A stretch of DNA of 64,000 bases from an uncultured Alphaproteobacteria bacterium (GTDB taxonomy: Bacteria; Pseudomonadota; Alphaproteobacteria; Rhizobiales; Xanthobacteraceae): assembly GCA_963810085.1 (NCBI GenBank), contig CAWEMR010000005.1, forward strand, positions 378,648 to 442,647, given 5' to 3'. Position numbers and translations under genes: made by a program. Below are positions 19,139-28,302 of this stretch, one piece after another; position 1 is the stretch's first letter, and every line of letters begins with the position of its first letter. The notes beneath the pieces are model-generated. The model searched no databases, was not told the DNA's origin, and worked only from the letters and a program-made list of their open reading frames with translations.

Positions 19139-20161
19139 ATGATGGTCGATTATTATTCGATCCTGTTGCGTGCGGTCACTGCGCCCGGCGCCGGCGATGC
19201 GCGTTGGCGGCGCGGCATTTACGAGCGTTCGCGACAAATGCTGGCGACGCGGATGCGCGGCTTACGGCCGCAGCCGCCGCTCTCCGAGATCGCCGCCGAG
19301 GAGGCACGGCTCGAAGCCGCGATCGAGCGGGTCGAATCCGAACTGTCATGGACCGACCAGGCCGCCGCACCGCCCGACGAATACGGCGACGCCGATGCGC
19401 CGTTCGAATCCGAGCGCGCGCCGCTTGCGGCATCCGGATTTGGCAGGATGGCCTGGATCGTGGCCGCGGTCGTCATCGCCGCGCTCGGCGCCGGCGGCTA
19501 CATCTTGCTGTCGGGCAAGGGACAAAAATCCGCGCCGCCGCCGGTCAAGACCGCAGCGCAGAACGTTCCTGCGCCGGCCGCCACACCGAGTGCCGCCGCA
19601 CCGGGCGGCGCCGCACCAAACAGCGCCGCATCGAGCGCGGGCGCGCCGAAGCTCGCCCTCGTCACGGTCGGCAAGAACGGCGAACTCGCGCCCGGCGTCG
19701 ACGGCGGCGCATCGGATCCCGACCAGCAATATGTGTTCCGCCGGCAGCCGACGTTTTATCGCACGCTGCAACCGGTCGGCACCATCATTGTCGATAAGCT
19801 GCAGCGCTTTCTCTATTTGATTCAGCCCAACAACGTCGCGCTGCGTTACGGCATCGCGGTCGGCTCGCAATGCGCCGATCTCGCCGGCCTGCGGCGCGTT
19901 GCCAAAATGGCGGAATGGCCGGTGTGGCAGCCGCCGGCGGAAACGCTCAATCGCAGTCCCAATCCGATGCCGGGCGGCCCCGGCAATCCGCTCGGCGCGC
20001 GCATGCTGCAGCTCGACGACGGCAATTCGCGCATCAACGGCACCAATGCACCAAAGACCATCGGCAATGCAGTGGCGTTCGGCTGCATCCGCCTCAACAA
20101 CGACGACATCACCGATCTGTATGGCCGCGTGAAGCTGTCGACGCCGGTTGTGGTGAACTAA
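19139..20161 (+). CDS. L,D-transpeptidase (YkuD domain) with a cytoplasmic N-terminal domain and a TM helix
   Basis: 340 aa. The C-terminal YkuD domain has ...MPGGPGNPLGARML...INGTNAPKTIGNAVAFGCIRLNNDD (catalytic Cys). The TM segment is MAWIVAAVVIAALGAGGYILL. Confidence 0.85.
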   Translation: MMVDYYSILLRAVTAPGAGDARWRRGIYERSRQMLATRMRGLRPQPPLSEIAAEEARLEAAIERVESELSWTDQAAAPPDEYGDADAPFESERAPLAASGFGRMAWIVAAVVIAALGAGGYILLSGKGQKSAPPPVKTAAQNVPAPAATPSAAAPGGAAPNSAASSAGAPKLALVTVGKNGELAPGVDGGASDPDQQYVFRRQPTFYRTLQPVGTIIVDKLQRFLYLIQPNNVALRYGIAVGSQCADLAGLRRVAKMAEWPVWQPPAETLNRSPNPMPGGPGNPLGARMLQLDDGNSRINGTNAPKTIGNAVAFGCIRLNNDDITDLYGRVKLSTPVVVN

Positions 20162-20194
20162 TGCCGGCGGCGCCGAAATTACGGCTGTCAGCTC

Positions 20195-20590
20195 TTACTG
20201 ATGCTTTGGATCGCGATCGAGCAATTCAATCGACACGCCTTCCGGCGCCTTGATGAAGCAGATGCGCACGCCCGGCCGCACCGTCGTCGGCTCTCTGGTG
20301 AACTCGACGCCCTTCGACTTCAAATCGGCCGCGATTTCGTCGATGCCGCTTACGGCAAGGCCGAAATGATCGAGGCCGCGATAAGGGATCGTTGGCGCGG
20401 CATTGACGTTTTCGCCGGCGCCGACCGGCGCGATGAAGATATTGGCGCCGCCGAGTTTCAAATCGATGCGCTCCTTGCCCTGCTGCATGGACCGCTTGAC
20501 TTCGGCGCCGAGCATTTTCTCGAACCACTGCGCCATGCCTTCGGGATTGGGCGTGCGCAGATGAATGTGGTCCCAAGTAATTTTGGCCAT
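20195..20590 (-). CDS. VOC-family (glyoxalase/bleomycin-resistance/dioxygenase fold) protein
   Basis: The start was taken at M16 of ORF 20195..20635 (MAKITWDHIHLRTPNPEGMAQWFEKMLGA...GLDHFGLAV...). Confidence 0.75.
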   Translation of the reverse strand: MAKITWDHIHLRTPNPEGMAQWFEKMLGAEVKRSMQQGKERIDLKLGGANIFIAPVGAGENVNAAPTIPYRGLDHFGLAVSGIDEIAADLKSKGVEFTREPTTVRPGVRICFIKAPEGVSIELLDRDPKHQ

Positions 20591-20656
20591 GGCGTTGCTC
20601 CCTGTTATGGGCAGTACGTTAGGCCATGCCACCAAGACATGACAACAGGGACGCGG

Positions 20657-21184
20657 TTAGTGGCGAACGGGCTTGGGCAGGTCCACGGCTGCGGGCCGCG
20701 ACGCTTGCGGCACGGGCGGCACCGCGATCCAACCGGCCTTGGCGACGACGCTGCGCAGCATCGCCAGCATGCGCTGCATCTCCGCCCGCGTCAGCACGCC
20801 GGCCGCGCCCTCGCCGCTTTGGCCGCGCAATTCGAATTTGAAGCCGCCTTTGTTATTCCGCGAAATCGTCAGCTGGTCGGCAAGCTCGGCGGCAGAGGCG
20901 CTCGATCGCAGGATTTCCGGCGGCGTCTTGGTCATTGCGTCGGCGGTCGAGGCCAAGGCGGCTTCGCGCTCGAAGGCGGCGAACTCGCCGCGCAGGTCGG
21001 CGGGCGCCCGCGCTGCCAGATCGGACGTTTTGGTCAGATAGCCCGAACCGCGCTCCAGCAAAGCCAGCGCCAGCCGCCGCGTCAGCCAGCACGACCAGGC
21101 CTCGGGGCGGCCGGCATTGATGGCCGCCGCGATCCGGTCTTCGCGCGGCTCATAGACGAACGTAACGGTCGTCAGCACCTGCAT
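20657..21184 (-). CDS. conserved-looking hypothetical protein (175 aa)
   Basis: Strong GC3 bias throughout. I recognised no family. The start codon lies inside the 18-bp tandem duplication. Confidence 0.55.
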   Translation of the reverse strand: MQVLTTVTFVYEPREDRIAAAINAGRPEAWSCWLTRRLALALLERGSGYLTKTSDLAARAPADLRGEFAAFEREAALASTADAMTKTPPEILRSSASAAELADQLTISRNNKGGFKFELRGQSGEGAAGVLTRAEMQRMLAMLRSVVAKAGWIAVPPVPQASRPAAVDLPKPVRH

Positions 21185-21212
21185 GTGTCACCCGACCTGC
21201 ATGTGTCACCCG
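21177..21212. repeat. perfect 18-bp tandem duplication (ACCTGCATGTGTCACCCG x2)
   Basis: Read directly from the sequence. The first copy contains the ATG of the 20657..21184 gene. The second copy creates an upstream in-frame ATG followed by a TGA (a MQVG mini-ORF). Confidence 0.85.
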
Positions 21213-21410
21213 GTCGACGCCCCGCGGGGAACGATCCTATCAAAGGCCGAGTGGCCGGCGCGGCGCAAGTCAATTTCAGATCAAAACTCGGAAATGGCCT
21301 TTTTAACCTTTGCCACGCTCGGAGCCGGTTGCCGTCCAATCCGCGTAATAATGTCACAAAAAAACATGCTAGTGATGCCCTGAAAATTAGGCAGTCGACG
21401 GGGCGGAAAA

Positions 21411-22126
21411 ATGACCGACGTCTTTGATCAAAAAATGGCCGATCACACGGTGAAGGCCTTTGACGCCGATCTGGCCAAGATGACGCAAATGATCGCCGTG
21501 ATGGGCGATCTGGCGGAACGGAATTGAAAGACGGGGTCGAGGCCGTGGTCCGCCGCGACGTCGAACTGGCAGCGCGGGTGATCGCGCTCGACGTGACCAA
21601 CGAGACGATGCAGCGCGACATCGAATCACATGCGACGCTTTTGATCGCGCGCCGGCAGCCGGTCGCCTACGACCTTCGTCTCATTGTCGCGGTATGGGAA
21701 ACCGCGATCGAGCTCAGGCGCGTCGGCGCGCTGGCCAAGAATATCGCCAGCAGCGTCGTCACGCTCGGCCGCGGCCCTGAAATGTCGGAACCGGTCAATG
21801 CACTCCGCCGCCTGGCGCGCACGGCGGCGCGGCGGCTTCGCGACGTCGTCAAAAGTCTTATTCACGGCGACGCCGACAAGGCGCAGAGCCTGTGGCGCAC
21901 CGACAACGAAATCGACGAAACGTATGGCGCGCTGTGCCGTGAATTGCTGACCTATATGATGGCGGAGCCGGCCATAAGCCCGTCGGCGGTGCAGCTGTTG
22001 TTTTGCGCGAAGAATGTCGAGCTGATCGGCGATCACGTCGCCAACATCGCCGAGGCCGCGCATTATCTGGCGCAAGGCCAGCGCATCAGCCGCGGGTTCG
22101 AAAGCCCGGTTGCGCCGGTGCAGTAG
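21411..22126 (+). pseudogene. phoU: PhoU-family protein, interrupted by a 1-nt frameshift near 21515-21527
   Basis: The frame from ATG 21411 gives MTDVFDQKMADHTVKAFDADLAKMTQMIAVMGDLAERN-stop (a PhoU N-terminus). The next frame (ORF 21524..22126) continues LKDGVEAVVRRDVELAARVIALD... through both PhoU repeats. There are no adjacent pst genes. Confidence 0.7.
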
Positions 22127-22127
22127 T

Positions 22128-22787
22128 CTATGCCGCCATGCGCAGCGGTGCGTCGGTGACGTGTTGCAGGGCGTCGAGCGTGAGACCCGGCACCATTTCG
22201 CGCACCGCAAAGCCGTCCTTGGTGACGTCGAGCACCGCGAGATTGGTATAGACGCGATTGACCGCGCCAAGCGCGGTGAGCGGGTAAGTGCAGCGGCGCA
22301 CCAGCCGGCTGTCGCCGGATTTGGTCTGCTGCTCCATCACAACCCAGAGCTGCCGCGCGCCGGCGGCGAGATCCATGGCGCCGCCGACCGCTGGCGCAGA
22401 GTCATTGTCCGACATCGACCAATTGGCGATGTCGCCGTTCTCGGCGACTTGGAACGCGCCGAGCACACAGAGATCGAGATGACCGCCGCGAATGAGCGCA
22501 AAACTGTCGGCGTGATGCATATAGGAGCCGCCGGGACGCAGCGTGACATATTGCTTGCCGGCATTGATCAGCCAGCGGTCGATGCGATCCGGTTCCGGCG
22601 CCGGCCCCATGCCGAGGATGCCGTTCTCGGATTGGAAAATGACTTCACGCTCCATCGGCACATAGTCGGCGACCTTCAGCGGCGCGCCGATGCCGAGATT
22701 GACGTACCAGCCTTCCGGAATGTCGCGCGCGAGACGCGCGGCCATTTCGTTGCGCGACATCGGTTTGCAGGCTGCGAAAAAACTCAT
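22128..22787 (-). CDS. 3-oxoacid CoA-transferase, subunit B
   Basis: The start was taken at M12 of ORF 22128..22820, with GAGGAAG upstream. YVNLGIGAP and the catalytic SENG motif (FQSENGILGMG) are present. Confidence 0.85.
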   Translation of the reverse strand: MSFFAACKPMSRNEMAARLARDIPEGWYVNLGIGAPLKVADYVPMEREVIFQSENGILGMGPAPEPDRIDRWLINAGKQYVTLRPGGSYMHHADSFALIRGGHLDLCVLGAFQVAENGDIANWSMSDNDSAPAVGGAMDLAAGARQLWVVMEQQTKSGDSRLVRRCTYPLTALGAVNRVYTNLAVLDVTKDGFAVREMVPGLTLDALQHVTDAPLRMAA

Positions 22788-22797
22788 CGTTGCTTCC

Positions 22798-23481
22798 TCA
22801 CGGCACCATCGGATCGCCATAGGGTATATGAACCACGCGATTGACGTAGATGCCGGGCGTCATGACTTTCTCCGGATCGAGCGCGCCGAGCTCGACGACG
22901 TGCTGCGTCTGCACGACGGTCAGTTGCGCCGCGCTCGCCATGATCGGATTGAAATTCTGGCCGGACGAACGATAGGTCAAGTTACCCCAGCGGTCCGCCT
23001 CCCAGGCTTCGACCAGCGCGACGTCGCCGGGCAGCGCCTCCTCGAGCAGATATTTGCGGCCGTTAATCTCGCGCTCCTCCTTGCCGTGCGCGAGCTTGGT
23101 GCCGACGGCGGTCGCGGTGAAGAAAGCCGGAATGCCGGCGCCCGCGGCGCGAATACGCTCGGCCATCGTGCCCTGCGGCACGATCTCAAGCTCGATCTTG
23201 CCCGCGCGATAACGCTCCTCGAACACCACCGGATCGGCGGTGCGCGGATAGGAGCAGATGATCTTGCGCACCCGCCCGAGATCCAAAAGCCGCGCCAGGC
23301 CGGTGCGGCCGACGCCGGCATTGTTGGAGACGACCGTCAGATCTTTCGCACCCTGTTCGATCAGGCCGTCGAGGAGCGCATGCGGCTGGCCGATATTGCC
23401 GAAGCCGCCGAGAAGCACGACGGCGCCGTCGCGAATGTCGGCCATCGCGTCGGCCATGGATTGTACGATTTTGTTGATCAT
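22798..23481 (-). CDS. 3-oxoacid CoA-transferase, subunit A
   Basis: 227 aa with MINKIVQSMADAMADIRDGAVVLLGGFG...NNAG.... It lies 10 nt upstream of subunit B. Confidence 0.85.
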   Translation of the reverse strand: MINKIVQSMADAMADIRDGAVVLLGGFGNIGQPHALLDGLIEQGAKDLTVVSNNAGVGRTGLARLLDLGRVRKIICSYPRTADPVVFEERYRAGKIELEIVPQGTMAERIRAAGAGIPAFFTATAVGTKLAHGKEEREINGRKYLLEEALPGDVALVEAWEADRWGNLTYRSSGQNFNPIMASAAQLTVVQTQHVVELGALDPEKVMTPGIYVNRVVHIPYGDPMVP

Positions 23482-23538
23482 CGGCCGCGACTTTTATCCG
23501 CTCATTCCCGCTTGCGCCGGAATGGGCGGATTAGACCA

Positions 23539-24570
23539 CTATCCCACCACCCGCGCCTTCGGCTCGTCGGCAAAACCCGGCATCACTTCGCGGGCGAAGC
23601 GCCGCAAGCTCTCCTCCGCCGGTCCGCCGCCGTTGAGCAATATGTAGCCGACGCCGACCTGCTGAAGCTTTTCCAGCTTGCGCGCGATCTCGTCTGGCGT
23701 GCCATAGAGCGCGCTCTCTTCGCTGGCTTCGCGCGTGTCGGAGAACGCCATGATGCTCGATTTGTTCTTGGTGCCGTCGGGCGAGTTGGAGATCGCGGCA
23801 AGGCGGCGCTGCGCTTCGAGCCGGCGCTCGAGGGCTGCGTCCTTGTCGGCCTGATCCTTGGCGACGAAATAGGCGCGCGCGACGCCGACATCCATCGGGT
23901 CGAACACGCGGCCGCGCGCCTCCACCGCTTCCTTGAAGATGGCGATGCGCTCGCCGACACCTTCGATCGAGGCGAACTGGTCGAGCAAGAGATTATAGCC
24001 GCGCGCCGCGACATGGCGCATCGAATCCGGCGAGCCTGCCGCCATCCACATCGGCGGATGTGGCTTCTGCGCCGTCGGCGGCTCGACGATGATGTCCTCG
24101 AAGCGCCAGTATTTGCCGTGATGCGAGAAGCGCTGTTTCGACGTCCAGGATTTAATGATCACGTCGAGCAATTCATTGAACCGCGCATCCGCTTCCTCGA
24201 TCGGCAGGCAGAAGCCAGCGAATTCGTTGTGCCGGTAGCCCTTGCCGACGCCGAAATCGAGCCGGCCGCCGGAGAGCAGATCGATGGTCGCGGCCTGTTC
24301 GGCGACTAGCACCGGATTGTGCCAAGGCAGCACCAGAACCGCGGTGCCGAGCCGCAGCGTCTTGGTTTTCGCCGCTACCCAGGTGAGCAGCGACAGGCTC
24401 GCCGAGACCTGGCCGAAACCGGTGAAATGATGCTCGACCAGAAAGCTCGCGTGATAGCCGAGCGCCTCGGCCTCGATATTGTAATCGACGAACTGCTTAT
24501 AGCCCTGACCGGAATCGACATCCGGTCCACCGTGGCGCGCCGTGGCGCTGCCGAAAAGTCCGAACCGCAT
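23539..24570 (-). CDS. LLM-class (luciferase-like) flavin-dependent oxidoreductase
   Basis: The start was taken at M14 of ORF 23539..24609 (MRFGLFG...FLVEHHFTGFGQV...GTAVLVLPWHNPVLVAEQAATIDLLSGGRLDFGVGKGY). Confidence 0.8.
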   Translation of the reverse strand: MRFGLFGSATARHGGPDVDSGQGYKQFVDYNIEAEALGYHASFLVEHHFTGFGQVSASLSLLTWVAAKTKTLRLGTAVLVLPWHNPVLVAEQAATIDLLSGGRLDFGVGKGYRHNEFAGFCLPIEEADARFNELLDVIIKSWTSKQRFSHHGKYWRFEDIIVEPPTAQKPHPPMWMAAGSPDSMRHVAARGYNLLLDQFASIEGVGERIAIFKEAVEARGRVFDPMDVGVARAYFVAKDQADKDAALERRLEAQRRLAAISNSPDGTKNKSSIMAFSDTREASEESALYGTPDEIARKLEKLQQVGVGYILLNGGGPAEESLRRFAREVMPGFADEPKARVVG

Positions 24571-24651
24571 TGAGCCTGCTCCCTGGGTTATACCGCTAAT
24601 GTAGCGCATGGCCCGCGCCGGGAGCTATAGTGACGCCAGGAGGAATTCATA

Positions 24652-25626
24652 ATGTTGCACCGTGCCATTCTCGCCGGATTTTGCGCAGGCGCGCTCGCCG
24701 CCGCGCTGATCTGCGGAACGCCGCAACCCGCTGCGGCACAGGACTATCCGACCCGTCCGATCACCCTGATCGTGCCCTATCCCGCCGGCGGCGGCGTCGA
24801 CGTGATGGGCCGTCTGGTCGGCCAAAAACTGGCGGTGGCGCTCGGCCAGCAGGTCGTCATCGAAAACCGCGGCGGCGCCGGCGGCATGATCGGCACCCGC
24901 GACGCGGCGCGCTCGCCGCCGGACGGCTATACGCTGGTGATGCTGTTGACCGGCATCAGCCTCGGCGCCAATACCGGCTACGACGTCAACAAGGATTTTG
25001 CGCCGATCGGGGTCGTCGCTTCGACGCCGATCATCGTCGTGGCGCATCCCTCGGTACCGGCGAAATCGCTGACCGACATCATCGCGCTGGCGAAAAAGGA
25101 GCCTGGAAAATATTCGGCTGGCACGCCTCCGGCGCCGACGGTGAATTACTTCGCCGCCGAATTGTTCAACACCATGGCCGGAACCGAAATCCCGGTCGTG
25201 ACTTATAAGGGCACGGGACCCCTCACCAACGATCTTCTCGGCAATCACATCCAACTCGGTTTCAACACAATCCCGGCTTCGGTGAGCAATATCACCGCGG
25301 GCGCCTTGCGCGGCATCGCGGTCGCGGCGGCAACGCGTTCGGCGGCGCTGCCGAATGTGCCGACCGCGGCAGAATCCGGCCTGCCCGGCTTCGAGGCGGT
25401 GCAATATTACGGCTTGGCGGCACCGGCCGGAACGCCGCGGCCGATCGTCGAGCGGCTCAATAAGGAATTGCGCACGGCGCTTGCATCCGCCGACATGAAG
25501 AAGCTCCTCGTCGACGCCGGCAGCGATCCCGCCCCCTCCACCCCCGAAGAATACGCCGCCAATATCCAGCACGAGGAAGGCAAGTGGGCCGACCTCATCA
25601 AGAAGTTGGGGCTGAAACTCGAATGA
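24652..25626 (+). CDS. Bug-family (TctC) substrate-binding protein
   Basis: 324 aa. AGGAGGA RBS, signal peptide, and YPTRPITLIVPYPAGGGVDVMGRLVGQKL...ENRGGAGG...PDGYTLVM. Confidence 0.85.
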   Translation: MLHRAILAGFCAGALAAALICGTPQPAAAQDYPTRPITLIVPYPAGGGVDVMGRLVGQKLAVALGQQVVIENRGGAGGMIGTRDAARSPPDGYTLVMLLTGISLGANTGYDVNKDFAPIGVVASTPIIVVAHPSVPAKSLTDIIALAKKEPGKYSAGTPPAPTVNYFAAELFNTMAGTEIPVVTYKGTGPLTNDLLGNHIQLGFNTIPASVSNITAGALRGIAVAAATRSAALPNVPTAAESGLPGFEAVQYYGLAAPAGTPRPIVERLNKELRTALASADMKKLLVDAGSDPAPSTPEEYAANIQHEEGKWADLIKKLGLKLE

Positions 25627-25694
25627 CTGTCATTCCGGGACGCGCCGCGACAACGGCGAATCCGAGCTGACGCCCAACAGGCGATGTGACGCAT

Positions 25695-26480
25695 ATGGAA
25701 TTAGGATTGAAGGGCAAGATCGCGCTGGTGACGGGATCGAGCCGCGGCATCGGCCGCGGCGTCGCGGAGACGCTCGCCGCTGAGGGCTGCGACGTGATGC
25801 TGACGGGCCGCGATGAAAAAGCGCTCGACGCGGCGGCAAGCGCGATTAGCGCGAAAGGCAGCCGCGCCGCGATGTCCACGCTCGACCTTCGCGAACAGAG
25901 CGCGGCAGAGAAACTGATCGACGAGGTGCGCCGCGAGTTCGGCGGCCTCGACATTCTTGTCAACAATGCCGGCACGACCAGGCGCGGCGATTTTCTCGAA
26001 CTCACCGACGCCGACTGGCAGGACGGCTATGCGCTGAAATTCTTCGCCCATATGAGGCTCGCGCGCGCCGCTTGGCCGCTGCTCAAGGAGCGGCGCGGCG
26101 CGCTGGTTTCGATCGGCGGCACCGGAGGCCGCAAACCAACGGCGCAATTCACCATCGGCAGTTCCGTCAACGCGGCGGTCGCTGCTTTCACGAAATGCCT
26201 CGCCGATCGCGGCAAAGCGGACGGTGTTCAAGTCAATTGCATCCATCCCGGCGTGGTCGAGACCGACCGGACGCGGCGGCGGATCAAGGCCGAGATGGAC
26301 CGCACTGGGCGGCCGGAACAGGACATCCGCAATGACATCAAGCACGAGTTCAACAACACGATCCGCTTCGGCACCGTCGAGGACGTTGGCAATCTGGTCA
26401 CCTTCATCGTATCGTCACGGGCCACGTGGCTGCATGGCGCCACGATCGATCTCGACGGCGGGGAGATCCCGGTATTGTAA
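25695..26480 (+). CDS. SDR-fold oxidoreductase lacking the canonical YxxxK
   Basis: TGSSRGIG Rossmann motif, NNAG, and PG motif (CIHPGVVET). Counting back from the PG motif, Gly and Asn sit at the usual Tyr and Lys positions. Confidence 0.75.
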   Translation: MELGLKGKIALVTGSSRGIGRGVAETLAAEGCDVMLTGRDEKALDAAASAISAKGSRAAMSTLDLREQSAAEKLIDEVRREFGGLDILVNNAGTTRRGDFLELTDADWQDGYALKFFAHMRLARAAWPLLKERRGALVSIGGTGGRKPTAQFTIGSSVNAAVAAFTKCLADRGKADGVQVNCIHPGVVETDRTRRRIKAEMDRTGRPEQDIRNDIKHEFNNTIRFGTVEDVGNLVTFIVSSRATWLHGATIDLDGGEIPVL

Positions 26481-26516
26481 GCCCGGCGGTGTAAAATCGT
26501 GTTGTTCCACGAGCCA

Positions 26517-28277
26517 ATGAATATCCTTCTGACGCCAGCGAGGATCGGGTCGGTCGAAATCAAGAACCGCATCGTCATGCCGCCGATGACGACGCGCACG
26601 GCGGATGAGGAAGGGTTCGTGACCGATGACTCGATCGCCTATTACATGGCGCGCGTGCGCGGCGGCACCGGCCTGATCACCGTCGAAATGGCGTCGCCGG
26701 AAAAGGTCGGACGGCATCGCCGCCGCGAAGTCGGGATCTACGACGACTGCTTTCTGCCCGGCCTCAAGCGCCTGGTCGGCGCAATTCATCGCGGCGGCGC
26801 CAAGGCCTCGATCCAGCTTGGTCATGCCGGCGGCCACACCCGCATCGATATTTGCGGCGAGATGCCGATCGCGCCGTCGGCCATTCCGCATCCGGTTTAC
26901 GAGACGACGTTCGAGACCACTATTCCGGAGGAAATGACCAAGGCGCGTATTGCGCAGACAATTACCGCTTATGTCGCAGCGGCGCGGCGCGCCAAACAGG
27001 CCGGCTTCGACTGCGTCGAGATTCATGCCGCGCACGGTTATCTGATCTCGCAATTCCACGCGCCGTTCGAAAACCACCGCACCGACGAATACGGCGGCGG
27101 CCTGCTCAACCGCGCCCGCTTCGGCCTGTTCGTGCTGCGCGCGGTGAAGGAGAAAGTGCCGGGCATCGCGGTGATTTATCGGCTGTCGGTCGAGGATTAC
27201 TTTCCGGGCGGCATGCCGTACAGCGAAGGCCGGCAGGTCGCGCTTTGGGCGGCAAAAGCCGGCGCGGATGCGCTCCACATCACCGCCGGCCATTACCGCT
27301 CGCTGCCGTCGGCGCAGATCGTGCTGCCGCCGATGAGCTTTCCGGAGGCGACGTTTCTCGATTTCGCCGCCGACGTGAAAAAAGATGTCAGCGTGCCGGT
27401 GATCGCGGTCGGCCGGCTCGGCAATCCCGCCACCGCGCGCGCCGCGGTGGAAGACGGCAAGGCGGATTTCATCGCGCTCGGCCGCACGCTGATCGCCGAT
27501 CCGCAATGGGTGGAGAAAGTCGGCCGCGACGAGCCGGTGCGGCGCTGCCTCGCCTGCAACACCTGCATCAACGAAATGCGCGGCGGCTCCCGCATCGGCT
27601 GTGTGGTCAACGGCGCCGCCGGCCGCGAAACCGCGTTTGCCAAGGCACAGCCGCCGCGCGGCGAGCGCATCGCCGTGATTGGCGCCGGACCGGCCGGGCT
27701 CACCTACGCTTCGCTCGTCGCCGACGGCAACAAAGTGACCATCTACGAGAAAGCCAAACAGGCCGGTGGCGCATTCCGCTATGCCGGCAAGGCGCCGCTG
27801 TTTCAGGAAGTGGAAGCGAACGAAGAAAGCTTCGAGCGCTACATCGTCCATCTCGTCACCGCCTGCGAAATGCACGGTGTGAAATTCCGCTACGCGACCG
27901 ACATTACCGCGCGCCCGGCTTTGCTCGAGCCGTTCGACCGTATCGTCATCGCGACCGGCGCCCAATATCGTCATCATCGCCTCGGCCGCCTCGCGACGTG
28001 GATGCTCGATCGCGGCCTGGCGCGCGCGCCGGGCATGGTGCGCCTGTTCTCCTCGCCGCAGTTTCGCAACTGGTTCTACTATGAGGCGCGGGTGGCAACC
28101 GGCAGCCGTTTCCGAGCGCTGGTGCGGCCGGGGCAGCAGGTGAGCGTCATCGGCGACGCCGTCAAAGCCGGCAAGAGCAAGGACGCCATCGCCAGCGCCT
28201 TCGAAGCGGCGTTGCTGCCGCAACGGGTCGACCTGCTCGAACTGAGCCCAATCCACAGCGTTCGTGCTACCCTGTAA
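26517..28277 (+). CDS. NADH:flavin oxidoreductase (Old Yellow Enzyme / 2,4-dienoyl-CoA reductase-like), possibly C-terminally shortened
   Basis: OYE barrel (NRIVMPPM, HAAHGYLISQF), 4Fe-4S Cys motif (CLACNTCINEMRGGSRIGC) and FAD/NAD dinucleotide fold (IAVIGAGPAGL). At 587-592 aa it is shorter than the roughly 670 aa I expect for FadH-type enzymes. The start could be GTG 26499 or ATG 26517. Confidence 0.75.
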   Translation: MNILLTPARIGSVEIKNRIVMPPMTTRTADEEGFVTDDSIAYYMARVRGGTGLITVEMASPEKVGRHRRREVGIYDDCFLPGLKRLVGAIHRGGAKASIQLGHAGGHTRIDICGEMPIAPSAIPHPVYETTFETTIPEEMTKARIAQTITAYVAAARRAKQAGFDCVEIHAAHGYLISQFHAPFENHRTDEYGGGLLNRARFGLFVLRAVKEKVPGIAVIYRLSVEDYFPGGMPYSEGRQVALWAAKAGADALHITAGHYRSLPSAQIVLPPMSFPEATFLDFAADVKKDVSVPVIAVGRLGNPATARAAVEDGKADFIALGRTLIADPQWVEKVGRDEPVRRCLACNTCINEMRGGSRIGCVVNGAAGRETAFAKAQPPRGERIAVIGAGPAGLTYASLVADGNKVTIYEKAKQAGGAFRYAGKAPLFQEVEANEESFERYIVHLVTACEMHGVKFRYATDITARPALLEPFDRIVIATGAQYRHHRLGRLATWMLDRGLARAPGMVRLFSSPQFRNWFYYEARVATGSRFRALVRPGQQVSVIGDAVKAGKSKDAIASAFEAALLPQRVDLLELSPIHSVRATL

Positions 28278-28302
28278 TCTTGGAAGCCGTCGGTCAAAGA
28301 AA

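Noticed and set aside
21515-21527. Programmed ribosomal frameshift as an explanation for the split phoU
   Set aside because: There is no X XXY YYZ slippery heptamer, no homopolymer and no obvious downstream structure at the junction. A simple 1-nt deletion is the more economical reading.
22088-22106. tRNA-like GGTTCGAA T-loop string
   Set aside because: It lies inside the phoU coding frame with no acceptor or anticodon arms around it. I found no tRNA-sized structured intergenic region anywhere in the window.
22690-24309. 539-aa ORF on the plus strand
   Set aside because: It is antisense to the CoA-transferase A subunit and LLM oxidoreductase genes. It has the same biased composition and no motifs.
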